Under the pieces are notes generated by a model that worked only from the letters and a program-made list of their open reading frames with translations, had not been told where the DNA came from and searched no databases. Shown in pieces: positions 50,189 through 61,378 of a DNA stretch of 64,000 bases. This DNA comes from Leidyana gryllorum EB-2025a (lineage: Eukaryota > Protista > Apicomplexa), in the NCBI GenBank assembly GCA_048772705.1, contig JBLWGC010000182.1:1-64000 (forward strand). The letters run 5' to 3'. Each line of letters starts with the position of its first letter. The first letter of the stretch is position 1. Position numbers and translations under genes: made by a program.

Positions 50189-50382
50189 TCAGTAAAAATT
50201 TCGCCAGCAGTCGCCAATCAGTACAGGCAGGCCGGTACCGGGGCGGGCCGGATATTGATAGATAGCTCTCCAACAGGGTAATAAGATAAGGAATATGCCC
50301 GAATATTAGTATAGTTTGTTTGTTCAGAGGTCGAATGTCTCTACTGCTATAGTATAGACGAAGAGTCTGCGCCCTTACTAGA

Positions 50383-52038
50383 ATGTATAAGCCTGCAACT
50401 ACCTATGCAGCACAACGTCTTGTCCAGAAACATGCTGCCTCCGAGGGCCGGGCCTGGCCCACCAATGACGAGGAAAGATGCAATTCTTCTAATACTAGAC
50501 CCGTCGATCCTTACCGAATAACCACCGAGCACCTCCACTATGCTGATGACCCTCCCCTCACCCACCGATCCCGCAATTGGACCCCTCGCGGTACACATCC
50601 CCCCGCAAATACAGCGATCGTCACCAGTGAAGGTTCTAGGTATCTCAGGGGTCACGACCTACACCCCCCGCTAAACCATAATTCCGCCAGAAGACGACTT
50701 CTACCCCCTTGCGTTGCATTGATGCCCGAGCCTCACACTGACTTGGCACCTTACCTTATACACACCGACTTTGCCACGGCCCAATACATCGATAATATGG
50801 GGATCGTTCTCAAGCACATGGCCGACCGAACGCCACCTCATCGAGGACTGCAATTGCGATTTGACTCCGTCACAGTGCCCCAAGTCCCTATCGACGAGTA
50901 TCTCGACAGAATACGCCGCTTCTTCGGTTGCTCGCCCGAGTGCTTCGTTCTTGCAATGATATACATTGACAGACTCATCCGTCTGCACGAAGGACATGTA
51001 TTCCTTTGCAGCCTAAATGTTCACAGGCAAGCCAACTAACACACCCTCGCTCCACAACCCTCCCCTGAATGTTGCTCCGTCTTGCAGCAGCCCTTCACCA
51101 GAGAGACCAAGTGATCGGCTGGCCTCCCTTACACAACCTCCTCCACACAATTGGGCTTGTCCTCCTGTCGCAGGCTCCTCCTACTGAGCTCTCACGCCAC
51201 CGCATGACGCGTGCTGGACGCGAGCTATTGGCAGTAGTCCCGAACGTCTATGGTCGAGTCATTTCTCCCATAAGTAATAGTAATCTGCACACGTGTGTGC
51301 TCCGCCTGCTGAGTGTGTCTCCGGTGTGTGTCCGGTGCCTGTGCTTCCGTGCTGCATCGGGGACTGGCAGTATGGGTGTTGAGTCCTGCCCACGTGGTAA
51401 TCTGATGTGATCGGCGATCAACACGCAAGGCGGGCAGCAGTGGTGGGATCGAAGGTTACTTATCGCTATCGTTGTTGTGTATATATATCTTTTTGATTGG
51501 ATTCCCACTTTCTGATTCCCCCTGTGCGGGAAGAGGTTTTCTCATATGGCCTATCTGCAGGGTTCTAGTGACAGCTGTGCTGCTCGCCGCTAAGTTTTTC
51601 GACGACATGTACTACGCTAATGCATACTACGCTAAGATAGGAGGCCTGACGACGCAAGAGATCAACGTTTTGGAGTCCCACTTTCTCAATCTCATCAAAT
51701 ACGACTTGTATGTGACCCCGCGAGAGTTCGAGAATTACCGGCGGGAGGTCTCCCGGGTGCCGACTGGGAGGGCTTCTCAGACACCGCGAGTTCCGCAACG
51801 AACAGTGGGGAACGAGGTGATGTTCCCAGCTAGTCTCCGGCCACGCGACTATTCTGGTGCGAGGCCGGTGGAGGAGCAATGCTCCACGAAGCAATTTCAA
51901 AATGATCCACAAGTACGCATTCACTTCTCCCCCCTGAACACAGCAGCTTCCTATTCGCCTCTGACCTGGGTGTCCTCCTCGGAGCCCAGAGCAGAATCTC
52001 CACACAGCATGAGCCCCGCAGTGAAACCGCTGTTTTGA
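50383..52038 (+). CDS. Pho80/P-U-type cyclin; GC-AG intron 51027-51560
   Basis: FDSVTVPQVPIDEYLDRIRRFFGCSPECFVLAMIYIDR, LNVHR|VLVTAVLLAAKFFDDMYYANAYYAKIGG..EINVLE. Confidence 0.93.
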
Positions 52039-54137
52039 TAACGAGCAAAGGGTCAAGTCTACTCCTGGGGTGGAGCAGGGCTAGGAGCTTGATTAGCTGC
52101 CCGATGACTCTACGCGCGTGGGATACTGAGAGTTGTAAATCCCAATTGAGCGGGCCAGCGAACGAGTCAGCCAGCCAGCGAAAGGAAGAAGCTTGATGCT
52201 AACTAGCTGAGTGAGTAGCTAGCTGGCTACCTTGCTCAGTCCATCTCCTGTTGCGCCTCAACGATTACGTTCTCTCACACGACAACGCGACTGATCGCTG
52301 GCCGCAGGGGCCGCGGTTGTTCTTCTCTCTCTCTCTCACTCACTCTGCGCACTCCTCTTTGAGTTCACTCTTCCCCGGCCCTCCCATCAGACGGTCCCAT
52401 TCTCGCTGTGTTTGATGTTGGTGTTTGTCCTCCAGTGGCTCTTTCATGGGTGCTTCACTTGCAGATTCCTGTATCTATTTCTTCTACACAGTGCTCAACG
52501 CCCACCGAAGTACGCGAGTCGTCGGGTGGCTCACCGTCGCTGATTCCCTGAGAGGATCTTTAGAGACTGTTTATCTCTTGACGAAGAGAAGAGACCCCTG
52601 ACTTTACACAGACGGACGATCATCACATAGGAAGACTTGAGCAGGGGGTGTGTCTAGCTGTATTAAAGAATATATATATCGATATGTTGATAAGACTCCT
52701 GCGAGCCCACAGAATCCAATCGTATCAGGTCGACTATTCTCCCCTCTTTGCTCTACATATTATGCACTGCTGGAGTTATTGGTGGACCCAAAGGTTTATT
52801 GTCCTCTGTCAAAGAGTATCTTTTGGAGACCATTGCGGGGAGGAGGATGCCCCAACCAAACGGGCACTGCTTGACATTAAATTTAGATGGTGGAGGGAAG
52901 AAAGCTCACGTTTCTGTTGAACGACTCGACGCTCCACCCTGGGTTGATCCTCGTATTTGATCTCTTCTATGGGTACGAACACTGGCCTATGAAGTAGGAT
53001 GACGACATGCATACCCACAAAGGTGGACAATTAACGGTCGCGGCGGCCGATAAAGAAGTCTTCAAGCCGAGGAGGGTGTGAAGAGGCCAACTGCGACAGC
53101 GAGAGAGCGCTCGCGAGATATACGCAGACAGCGGGCGGACACACACACACACACACACACGCGATCAGGCTGCTGTTGACAATCAGTCTCCTTCCGAGTC
53201 TGTGCGTGTGATCCGACCGGGCGTCTATAGCCCGTCAGCCTGCCTGCCTGCCTGTTTGCTGTCTGCCAACTGTTGCGCGCGCCACCGCCCAGATGCGTGC
53301 GAGTGACCCTTGGCTGATAAGCGGCTCCGGAGATTCCATGACTTTCCGTTTGCAAGCCAAAGCTTTGTAGCCAAGCTCTATCGATGACCACATCAGTCGC
53401 GTCCTGCAAGGCGCGCCCGGCACTTCTCGTCATCCTTCGGGGTCACGGCTGATGTGTCGTAGAAGTAGATTGTCTCTGTCACTTGTGCCCTCCTCAGGAT
53501 ATCCTTCGTTCAATACGGATCGCGCCCTTAACCGCCACCACTCACATATATGCACGCACACACAATGGTACAAGAGAATTGCAATTTCCGTGACACCCCA
53601 CTATCATATTAATACTCATGGGTACACCACCACTCCACTCCATTCGACTGATTAATCAATTTTGCACACACAACATCCCACATCTACATGACACCCGGCC
53701 GTGCAGCAACAGACATCTCTCAGGGTAAGCTCGATGTCCACACTCATGGACACATTCACAAAATATACACTTACACCACTCACTCACTCACTCACTCACT
53801 TACCCACCCACACACACACACATCTCACACACACGCGGAGACACGGGCATCGATCGAGTCATAGAAGCGGGCTGTGCACGCACACACATATGTCAGTGTT
53901 GCCGAGTGGCACACACAGACTCACACAAATACACCCTCACAGGCCGTACACATTGGGGTCTGGTGTCGGTCGGTCGGTCGAGCGAGCGATCGAGACGCAG
54001 GAGATCTGTGGACCGGCCCGATTCGTGTGTTGTGATGTGCAGTCAGCACATTAGCTCCTGATGACATTGTGGATGTTCCCAGATATACTGGTAGCATCTG
54101 TTGATGCAATGTCCTGGAGCGACGGCCGACATACGGG

Positions 54138-54807
54138 TTATATGAACTGCGTGCTGTTGAGGTCAGTTCTCGAGGCGACGATCTTGACGCTCATCTCGTT
54201 CGAGCTTTGACCACACACAACACTGTTGACGCGACGCTCACTTATGGACTCCCACGACACCCTCGCCCGACACGCTCACTCACACGTTTCCAACGCAACT
54301 ATTGGTACACATTCACGCACAGTACATGATCGTGTATGGGGTGTCACATTATACGTCGCGGCTATGAGTATCGTAATGAATAGCACAACACACGTACATA
54401 CGCAAACACAGAAAGACGAGTCCAGTTGCGCACTTACTTGGTGACCTCCTGGATAACTGTGCGGTGTCTGGGGACAATCTTTTGTACTCGAATGGGAACA
54501 TCGACATATTTGGGGCGAATCTTGAGTTCTACCTTGGGCACTTCGACGTGGCTGATCAGATGACCTCGTTTGGTGGTGTTGTTGTCATTGAAGTTGTCGG
54601 GGTCGAGGAGGAGGATTTGACGGTCGAGGGTGTCGACTGCTTGATGGCACTGTGTGTGCAGATCTGAGTTTGTTGCTTTGGCGCTTGTAATCTTACATGA
54701 GAGGTGTGGAACGTGCGATTGTCAGGTTCTTTGGATACAGTGACCTTGCGGGTGGGCGTTCCGAGTCGAACTTCGTCTGACTTGAGCTCCCGGCCGAGTA
54801 CTTCCAT
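54138..54807 (-). CDS. Small alveolin/IMC-like protein (mostly missed by the ORF track)
   Basis: Splicing a 47-bp GTAAGA..CACAG intron gives HCHQAVDTLDRQ..HVEVPKVELKIRPKYVDVPIRVQKIVPRH, a V/P-rich IMCp-type segment. The last exon is uncertain. Confidence 0.5.
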
Positions 54808-54876
54808 GGCTTGCGTGCGGAGTGTGTGGCATGTGCCCTGTTTTCTATGTGAGAACCAAACTAGTTCGACTAAGGT

Positions 54877-56384
54877 ATGTCCTCTTCGGGCTTGTCGCCC
54901 CGTCTTCGACTGCCGCTGTTTAAGCGGGCAGATGATTTATGGGAATGGACTCCAGCGGCCCCTGAAGACAGTTGGGGCCTGCAAACACACGTACCCCCTG
55001 AATCCAGTATACGTCAGCTTGATTCCGAGGAACCATCGAGCGCGAGACGATCTCATATTCCGTCTCCCACCAAGCAGAACAATTCCTCCTCTTCAGCAGA
55101 CACTCGCAACAGGTTTCGCACCCTATTGCCCCTTACTACCCGCTATGACGTAAGTGGCGTCTGCCAAAAGTAATTCGCACCCACATCTTCAGACCCGCGT
55201 GGACGATCGCCGGCGCGCAAGTCTCAACTGGCCGACTTCAGCTGTCTTGGAAGCTGCGAATGCCTTTGATTCTCTGGACGCGCTAGAACTGATTGCCGCG
55301 TTTAATCGTGCGGTGAAGCGGTTGTCGATGGGAGCCCCTCATTTGACTCCTTGTGCTCGAGCCTTGGTGACAAAGCTACAAGAGAGTCGACCTCAAGACT
55401 CGGATTTCTCCACATTGCGCAGTCTTGACCGCTTAGCCGTCCTCAAAGAGGACCCAAAGTTACCCGTTCTAAGTGAGTCGTCGCCTTCTCTGCCCCCCCC
55501 TTCACAGTCTCACAGTTTTTCGTGAGGTCGATGCCTACTTGAGCCAAAGGCCTCTGATTGTTATAACCTTTGCACGTGGCTATTTCAATTTGCCGTCTTA
55601 TGCGATGGGCGGTGACCGCCACGCCAGAAATCCCTCCCTCGAGAGAGTGGCTATTGCCCTGAGTCGCTGGCAGTCTGACACTGAGGACTTCCCAGTAGAC
55701 AGTTTCGCGACCCGCTTCAAGGAGGCCGTAGACCGGTCGGCGGAGGTGGCCGCCCAGTTGCCACTCCCGCTGCCCCAACCCCACAGCGCCCTCCTTCTCG
55801 AAGCTCCGCTCCTCAATGTCACTGAAGGCAGCCGAGAGCCCGCGAACCGCCGCCCTGGGAAACAACTCTACTGCCTCATGACCCCTCAGTATCTGGACAC
55901 CTTACTCCGCAGCCTCGAGAACTCCCATTCCACGGAACAGGTTGAGCTCAGAGATTGGGCCGGAGAGGTGAAGCCCAATGCGTTCGTAGTGCTGAACAAT
56001 ACCCCTGTGGCTCCTCCACCCCCTGGCGCCGGCGGTGGCGCTCCCGTAGTAGATCATCACCAATCAGCTCAACAAGACGAGGAAACACGTCTGCTGTCCT
56101 GTCTGATGGATCTCTTACTGCTTCCGGCTGGCCACCAATCTCCCCAAAGTGATTGCTGCGAGACCCCCGAGAAAGCATTCGTGCGGTGTTGGCCACCACA
56201 AGTGGACCCACACGGCACACACGAGATCTCATCCGACGAGTGTCAAGACGTGTATCCCGTCAGATCGCAAACCCACGCTTTTTGGACACCTGCCTCGGTT
56301 CAGCCCACTCACTCTGAGCCCTATCGCCAGAGGGGACAACCGCGCACACTCCTTTTCCCCGCGAAATCTCTAGGTCAAGTTTGA
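54877..56384 (+). CDS. Hypothetical multi-exon protein
   Basis: Overlapping ORFs 54877-55173, 55154-55525 and 55473-56384 joined by GTAAGT/GTGAGT..CAG introns. Confidence 0.55.
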
Positions 56385-56797
56385 CCAAAATAAAGTCCAG
56401 AATCAGACATGCGATCCGTGGTCACAGAAAAGGATCTTAATCGCGAGTTCTTCACCTCCGCTGATGCTGCAGATCAGAAAACCGATGGCCAAAACCGCAA
56501 ACACATACTGTCCTCCTTCATCAACAATTGCCGATTCTGCTGTGTCTTCCTTCTACCCAAGGTGAGAGAGAGAGGGAGAGAGACATGTGCCCCCCAATGG
56601 CTTTTAAACACTCATCTTCATTCAATCTCCCTTGTGTGCTAACTTTATATCTTTGTGTGAATGAGCGTCTTTCGATGATTTTCATTATCGAACCTCATCA
56701 ACCCTTCCCTCCATTCATTGTAATACCCCCACTGAAAACACTATCTGCGTACCTCGGCTGCAACAAGCAAATGTAACGGGCGAATGTAACGCTCCAA

Positions 56798-56928
56798 AAT
56801 GCAACTTGTCATTGCACAATGCAACGTGTCATTGCACAATGCAACGTGTCATTGCACAATGCAACGTGTCATTGCACAATGCAACGTGTCCTTCAACAAT
56901 GCAACGAGTCATAAGCACAATGCAACGC
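56798..56928. repeat. 20-bp minisatellite AATGCAACGTGTCATTGCAC, about 6.5 copies
   Basis: Directly visible; intergenic, upstream of the SulP gene. Confidence 0.95.
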
Positions 56929-57101
56929 GCTGCCACACCTCTACCTTGCTTGCTTGAGCGTCAACTCGGTCGTCTTGGCCCATAAGCTCGTCTTTGTTGT
57001 TCTTATCGACCTCTCAGATAGGCCACGCGATCACCCGGAAATGTCGAGCGTTTACGCTTCCCGTGTTTCTTCGTCGGACGTTCCCGGGATTTGTCTTGTT
57101 G

Positions 57102-59887
57102 ATGGTGTGGGCTCACGTACTGAAAGATCTGATTAGTGCCCCGTTCAAGCGCAAGAGCTCCGGAACCAAGGACCACTCTGACGGAAGCACAGTCAGCGTC
57201 CCGTTAGCTGATGACTATGGGGGACAAGAGTCGTCGCCAGCCTCGCGTCGCGTCCCACACGTGTTGGGTGTAGGAGTGGCTATGGACGAAGAGCAACACC
57301 GATTGCAGACATTAGCTGGGAATCCAGTCCCTGTAGAGGAGCCGTTTCCAACGAAGAAGTTGGTCAAAGATAGCTGGGTAGGAGATCTGCTGACCGGACT
57401 ATCGGTTGGGGCAATGAGTGTGCCAATGGGAATGTCATACGCTCTTCTGGCGGGTTTGTCGTACGAATATGGGTTGTACAACAACTTTATCTATCCATTT
57501 GCCTATATGGTGTTCGGTACGTGTCGTCAAGCCGTCCTGGGGGTGTCGGCGGTTGAGAATATAATATTGGGAACCACGATCGACGGACTTATGCCCGAGG
57601 AAGCGACGGCTTGGGACAGACACAACTGCGCTATAGCCCTGTGTCTCATGTCTGCCGTTGTCTATATGATATTCCGAGTTCTGAAGCTGGCTGTGCTCGC
57701 TGATCTTTTGGCCGAACCAGTTTTGTCGGGATTTGCCACAGCGTCGGCCTTTCTTGTCGGCACCTCGCAGCTGAAACACGTCTTTGATCTCTCCGCAATC
57801 AAATCTGACTGGAGTCTGGTCCGTAGTTGGGTGTATATCGTCAAGAACGTTCCTGACTTCAATTGGTATGCTGTTATGATTGCGGCACTCAGTCTGGTAT
57901 TCCTTTTCATTTGCAAACGATTGTCCAAAAAATGCTCGAGGTTCTCCATACCCGGACCCCTACTGCTCGTGGCCCTAACCTGCATATTGAGTTGGGGTTT
58001 CAAGTTGGAGCAGAACATGGACATCAAGATCGTCGGCTTCATTCCCCAAGGCCTCCCTCACCTCTCCTGGCCCAGAATGAGTTGGAGCTCAGATAATGCC
58101 ACAGCGTCAAGTCCCTTTATCGGCAGTGTCTTTCTGAGCGCCCTGCTCCTCTGCCCGATATATTTTGTGATCCACATGTCGATTGCCAAGACCATCGCCA
58201 CCAGGAATAACTACGGTTTAGATATCGCTCAAGAGCTTGTAGCGTTCTCCTTATCCAACGTTATGGGAGGCGTCCTGTCTGGTTTCCCAGGTGCCACCAG
58301 TTTAAGTCGTAGTAGTGTAACGGAGACCCTTGGAGGCCAGACACAGCTCCATGGTATCGCTGCTGGGCTCATTGTCATTTGTACCCTTGTGTTCCTCACC
58401 GTTCCACTCGGATTCCTCCCTATGCCTGCGTTGGCGGCTGTCGTTTTATTTGGTGTCATCAAAATGGCCGAATTTGACAAACTCGCGCGCCTCTGGCGGT
58501 TGCAAAAAGTCGCATGGCTGGAGTCTTCCAGATCTGCCAGGGGCAGCAGTGTCACTATCCCTGATCTCCTTTTATGGATCACCTCCTTCCTTGGCACTAT
58601 GCTTGTCAGCGCCCAGTTTGGTATCCTACTCAGCGTTGCTATCAGCCTCATCTTTGTTGGCAAAGGTATCGTACGCCCACCCTTCATCCAACTCGCACGC
58701 ATCCCCAATACCGAAATCTACCGAAACATCGACCGTTTCCCCACATCCAAGACCGACGAAGGTATAGTCATCTATCGAGTCGATGCCTCCATCAACTTCT
58801 GCAACGCCAACTTCCTCGAGCAACAAACCAAACTCGCCATCGTACAACATTTTGGCTTCAAAGATGCCCCCATACAACCACAGACGCCTCACAAAGTCGA
58901 ACTGGCACACTCCGATGGTCAAATCAACTCCTCAAATTCAAGCGGCGAGGGAGATCTCGAGAATGTCAGCCCTTCAGTCAGAAGACAGCGCTGGTCACCA
59001 AAATGTCGACGCAGCCGTCCCACCTCTCCCGATAAGAATAGAGTGAGTCATGCTCTTCTGCAAATCGCTCAACAACAACCTCGTAGTCCATCCTTACTGT
59101 CCAACCTGTACCATCTGCATTAAAACCTCCCTACTTCTTTGTCCTCGATTGCTCCTCAGTCAATGGTCTCGATGTCACCGCCATCAGTGCACTGCGTCGT
59201 ATCGCTGAGTTTGCGACCATGTACAGATGTGTCCTCTTGTTCGCCAATTGGAAGGGCCCCCAACGAGACTATCTCCAACATGCTGGTAAGTATGATATGT
59301 ATAATATGGCTGTTGACTAAATCAAAATGTTTGGGAGCCTAACTTAAACAAAGCGATAAGATTGAAAACGAACACCCGGAAATTCAAGCACATTCTCCCT
59401 CTCAGACTTCTACTCCATTGTGCCACCACAAAGGTGCTTCTTGTCCAACCACGATGCTGTCACATGGGCTCGCGTCGCTAGGACTAAGTGCCTAGAAGCC
59501 GCCACCTGTCCCAGAGCGGCCTTGGTCTCCACCACCACTGGAGGAGCCCCGGATGATGCAGCAGACAGTTGGAAGCACAGGAGTGCGATGGACAATCCTC
59601 TCATCTTCGGAAGCCCTTCTCAACATTCTGTACACGTCGAGTGGGACGGACTGTCTGCACTTGTACCTAATGTAAGCCTACATGTGCGATCTCCGATATC
59701 ACACTTCCCCCGACAGGTGCGAGTGGTCAGGGAAGTGGCCTCAGACGGCAGTCGCGAATGGCCTATAGCGGTAGCCGAAGCCGTGACCGACTCGCCAAGC
59801 TTGCCCCAAGCAAGCAGGGAAGAAGGATTCAACTCCCCTAACAGTTCAGTCACTCCTGCTGCCATCACTATAATGAACGTAATCTAG
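57102..59887 (+). CDS. SulP/SLC26 anion transporter with STAS domain
   Basis: GDLLTGLSVGAMSVPMGMSYALLAGL, FGTCRQ, VLSGFATASAF, QELVAFSLSN, SLSRS, YRVDASINFCNA, spliced VLDCSSVNGLDVTA. Confidence 0.95.
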
Positions 59888-60094
59888 ACTTTTGAATGCT
59901 ATGGACTCACCCGACAGGGGGGAAAATGAAGCACCACTAGCGAATAATGATATGGGAGTGGGTGTGCCTGCCAGAGAGAGCATGATTAGCACTTCTTGTC
60001 CATTCAGGACAAGTTCAATAGCTAGATATATGGGCTCAGGACAGGTGTCTCAAGGGCTAATTGATGGGACAGTATGGGTCTGACTATCTATCTG

Positions 60095-61273
60095 CTATAA
60101 TAGGGATGCGGTGCGAGTCCTCTTCATGGCATGGTGTTCCGCAGATTCACTCGCGCACGAATTAGGTCGTGGTCGTTTCCGTATCACGACTGGGATGGGG
60201 CATCCTGACTTCTCCGAAACCCCAAGAGACGACGGTTCTGGGTTGGCACCAGCATCCCTTTTACGCCTCGGAGCTTGTAAGCTTGGCAACGTAGGTACTG
60301 CCTTGCCGCCTCCGGCGGTACTCTCCTCATGTCCTTCCGGATTGATAGGCGTCGACCAACGATACCCTGGATTTTTGAACAAGGCTCCTGCGGCTGGGTT
60401 CTCACACTGCGGCGTGGCAGTCGGTACATGAAGTGAAGAGTCAACCGCCGTAGTATTGCGCCGACGAATGGGGATCGGAGTAGTGTAGTCGTCCCCTAGG
60501 ATCAAGGAGGCAGCGGCAGCGACAGCGTCAGTCGCCACTGCTGTTGAGCAGCTGCTGCGTTGCAAGCGTGGGGGTCGTGACAAGGCAGCTCCACTCAAGT
60601 GGGGTGTGGGGAGTCGAAGTGCATTGGTGTTAAGAGTCCTTCGCAGAGGAGGTAGCATGTCAGGAGCAGTAGCTTCGGGTGCTGCTCTGATCATTGGTGG
60701 GACGCCCTCCAAAGGAGTCTTGAATTCTGAGCGTTGCTGAGCTGTCGGTGCGACAAACCGAGACAAAGAGGCTTGCTGGAATGAACCGTCGCTTTGACGA
60801 TGTCCAGCCCGTACTTCCCCAACTTCCGCATTCGGAACGAGGCGTTTAACCACCAAACGGCGTTTCTGGGGTTTGGGGAACGCATCCGCGGGCAGTGGAG
60901 AGCAGCAGTCACGTTTGCGGGGATCCCGCTTCGCTATCAGTGGCTTGGTGACGGCTGGTTTCGGGATGTCACATTCCTTGGCCTTCACATTGACCACCTT
61001 ATCCGTACTGGGCTTGCCAGCGATCAAGACTTGGTCAGGCTCGGGTTGTGAGGAAGAAGGAGCGGACACTTTTTTCAATTCGGCGGGGGGGGGAGGTCGC
61101 TTGATGGGCGTCTCACGCTGCTGCGGCTCGCAGGAAGACTGTACATTGTATACGATGACCACCGGATCTGTTTGGCAGGCGATCGACCTCAGCCCATTTA
61201 ATTCCGTGACCGCGGTAGGCTTTGTGGTGGTGCGGAGGTGCCACATCTCGCTGAGAAGCGCTTGGGTGGTCAT
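60095..61273 (-). CDS. Hypothetical Pro/Ser/Arg-rich, probably disordered protein
   Basis: About 390-aa uninterrupted ORF; no domain recognised. Confidence 0.6.
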   Translation of the reverse strand: MTTQALLSEMWHLRTTTKPTAVTELNGLRSIACQTDPVVIVYNVQSSCEPQQRETPIKRPPPPAELKKVSAPSSSQPEPDQVLIAGKPSTDKVVNVKAKECDIPKPAVTKPLIAKRDPRKRDCCSPLPADAFPKPQKRRLVVKRLVPNAEVGEVRAGHRQSDGSFQQASLSRFVAPTAQQRSEFKTPLEGVPPMIRAAPEATAPDMLPPLRRTLNTNALRLPTPHLSGAALSRPPRLQRSSCSTAVATDAVAAAASLILGDDYTTPIPIRRRNTTAVDSSLHVPTATPQCENPAAGALFKNPGYRWSTPINPEGHEESTAGGGKAVPTLPSLQAPRRKRDAGANPEPSSLGVSEKSGCPIPVVIRKRPRPNSCASESAEHHAMKRTRTASLL

Positions 61274-61378
61274 TGGTGATGAACAAATCTGAGAGCACAC
61301 GCGCGCGTGATTATAGAAGGAGTTCCGGTTAATTCAGGTGCGCACACGATTTAAGCAAACATGAACAAAATTTGATCA

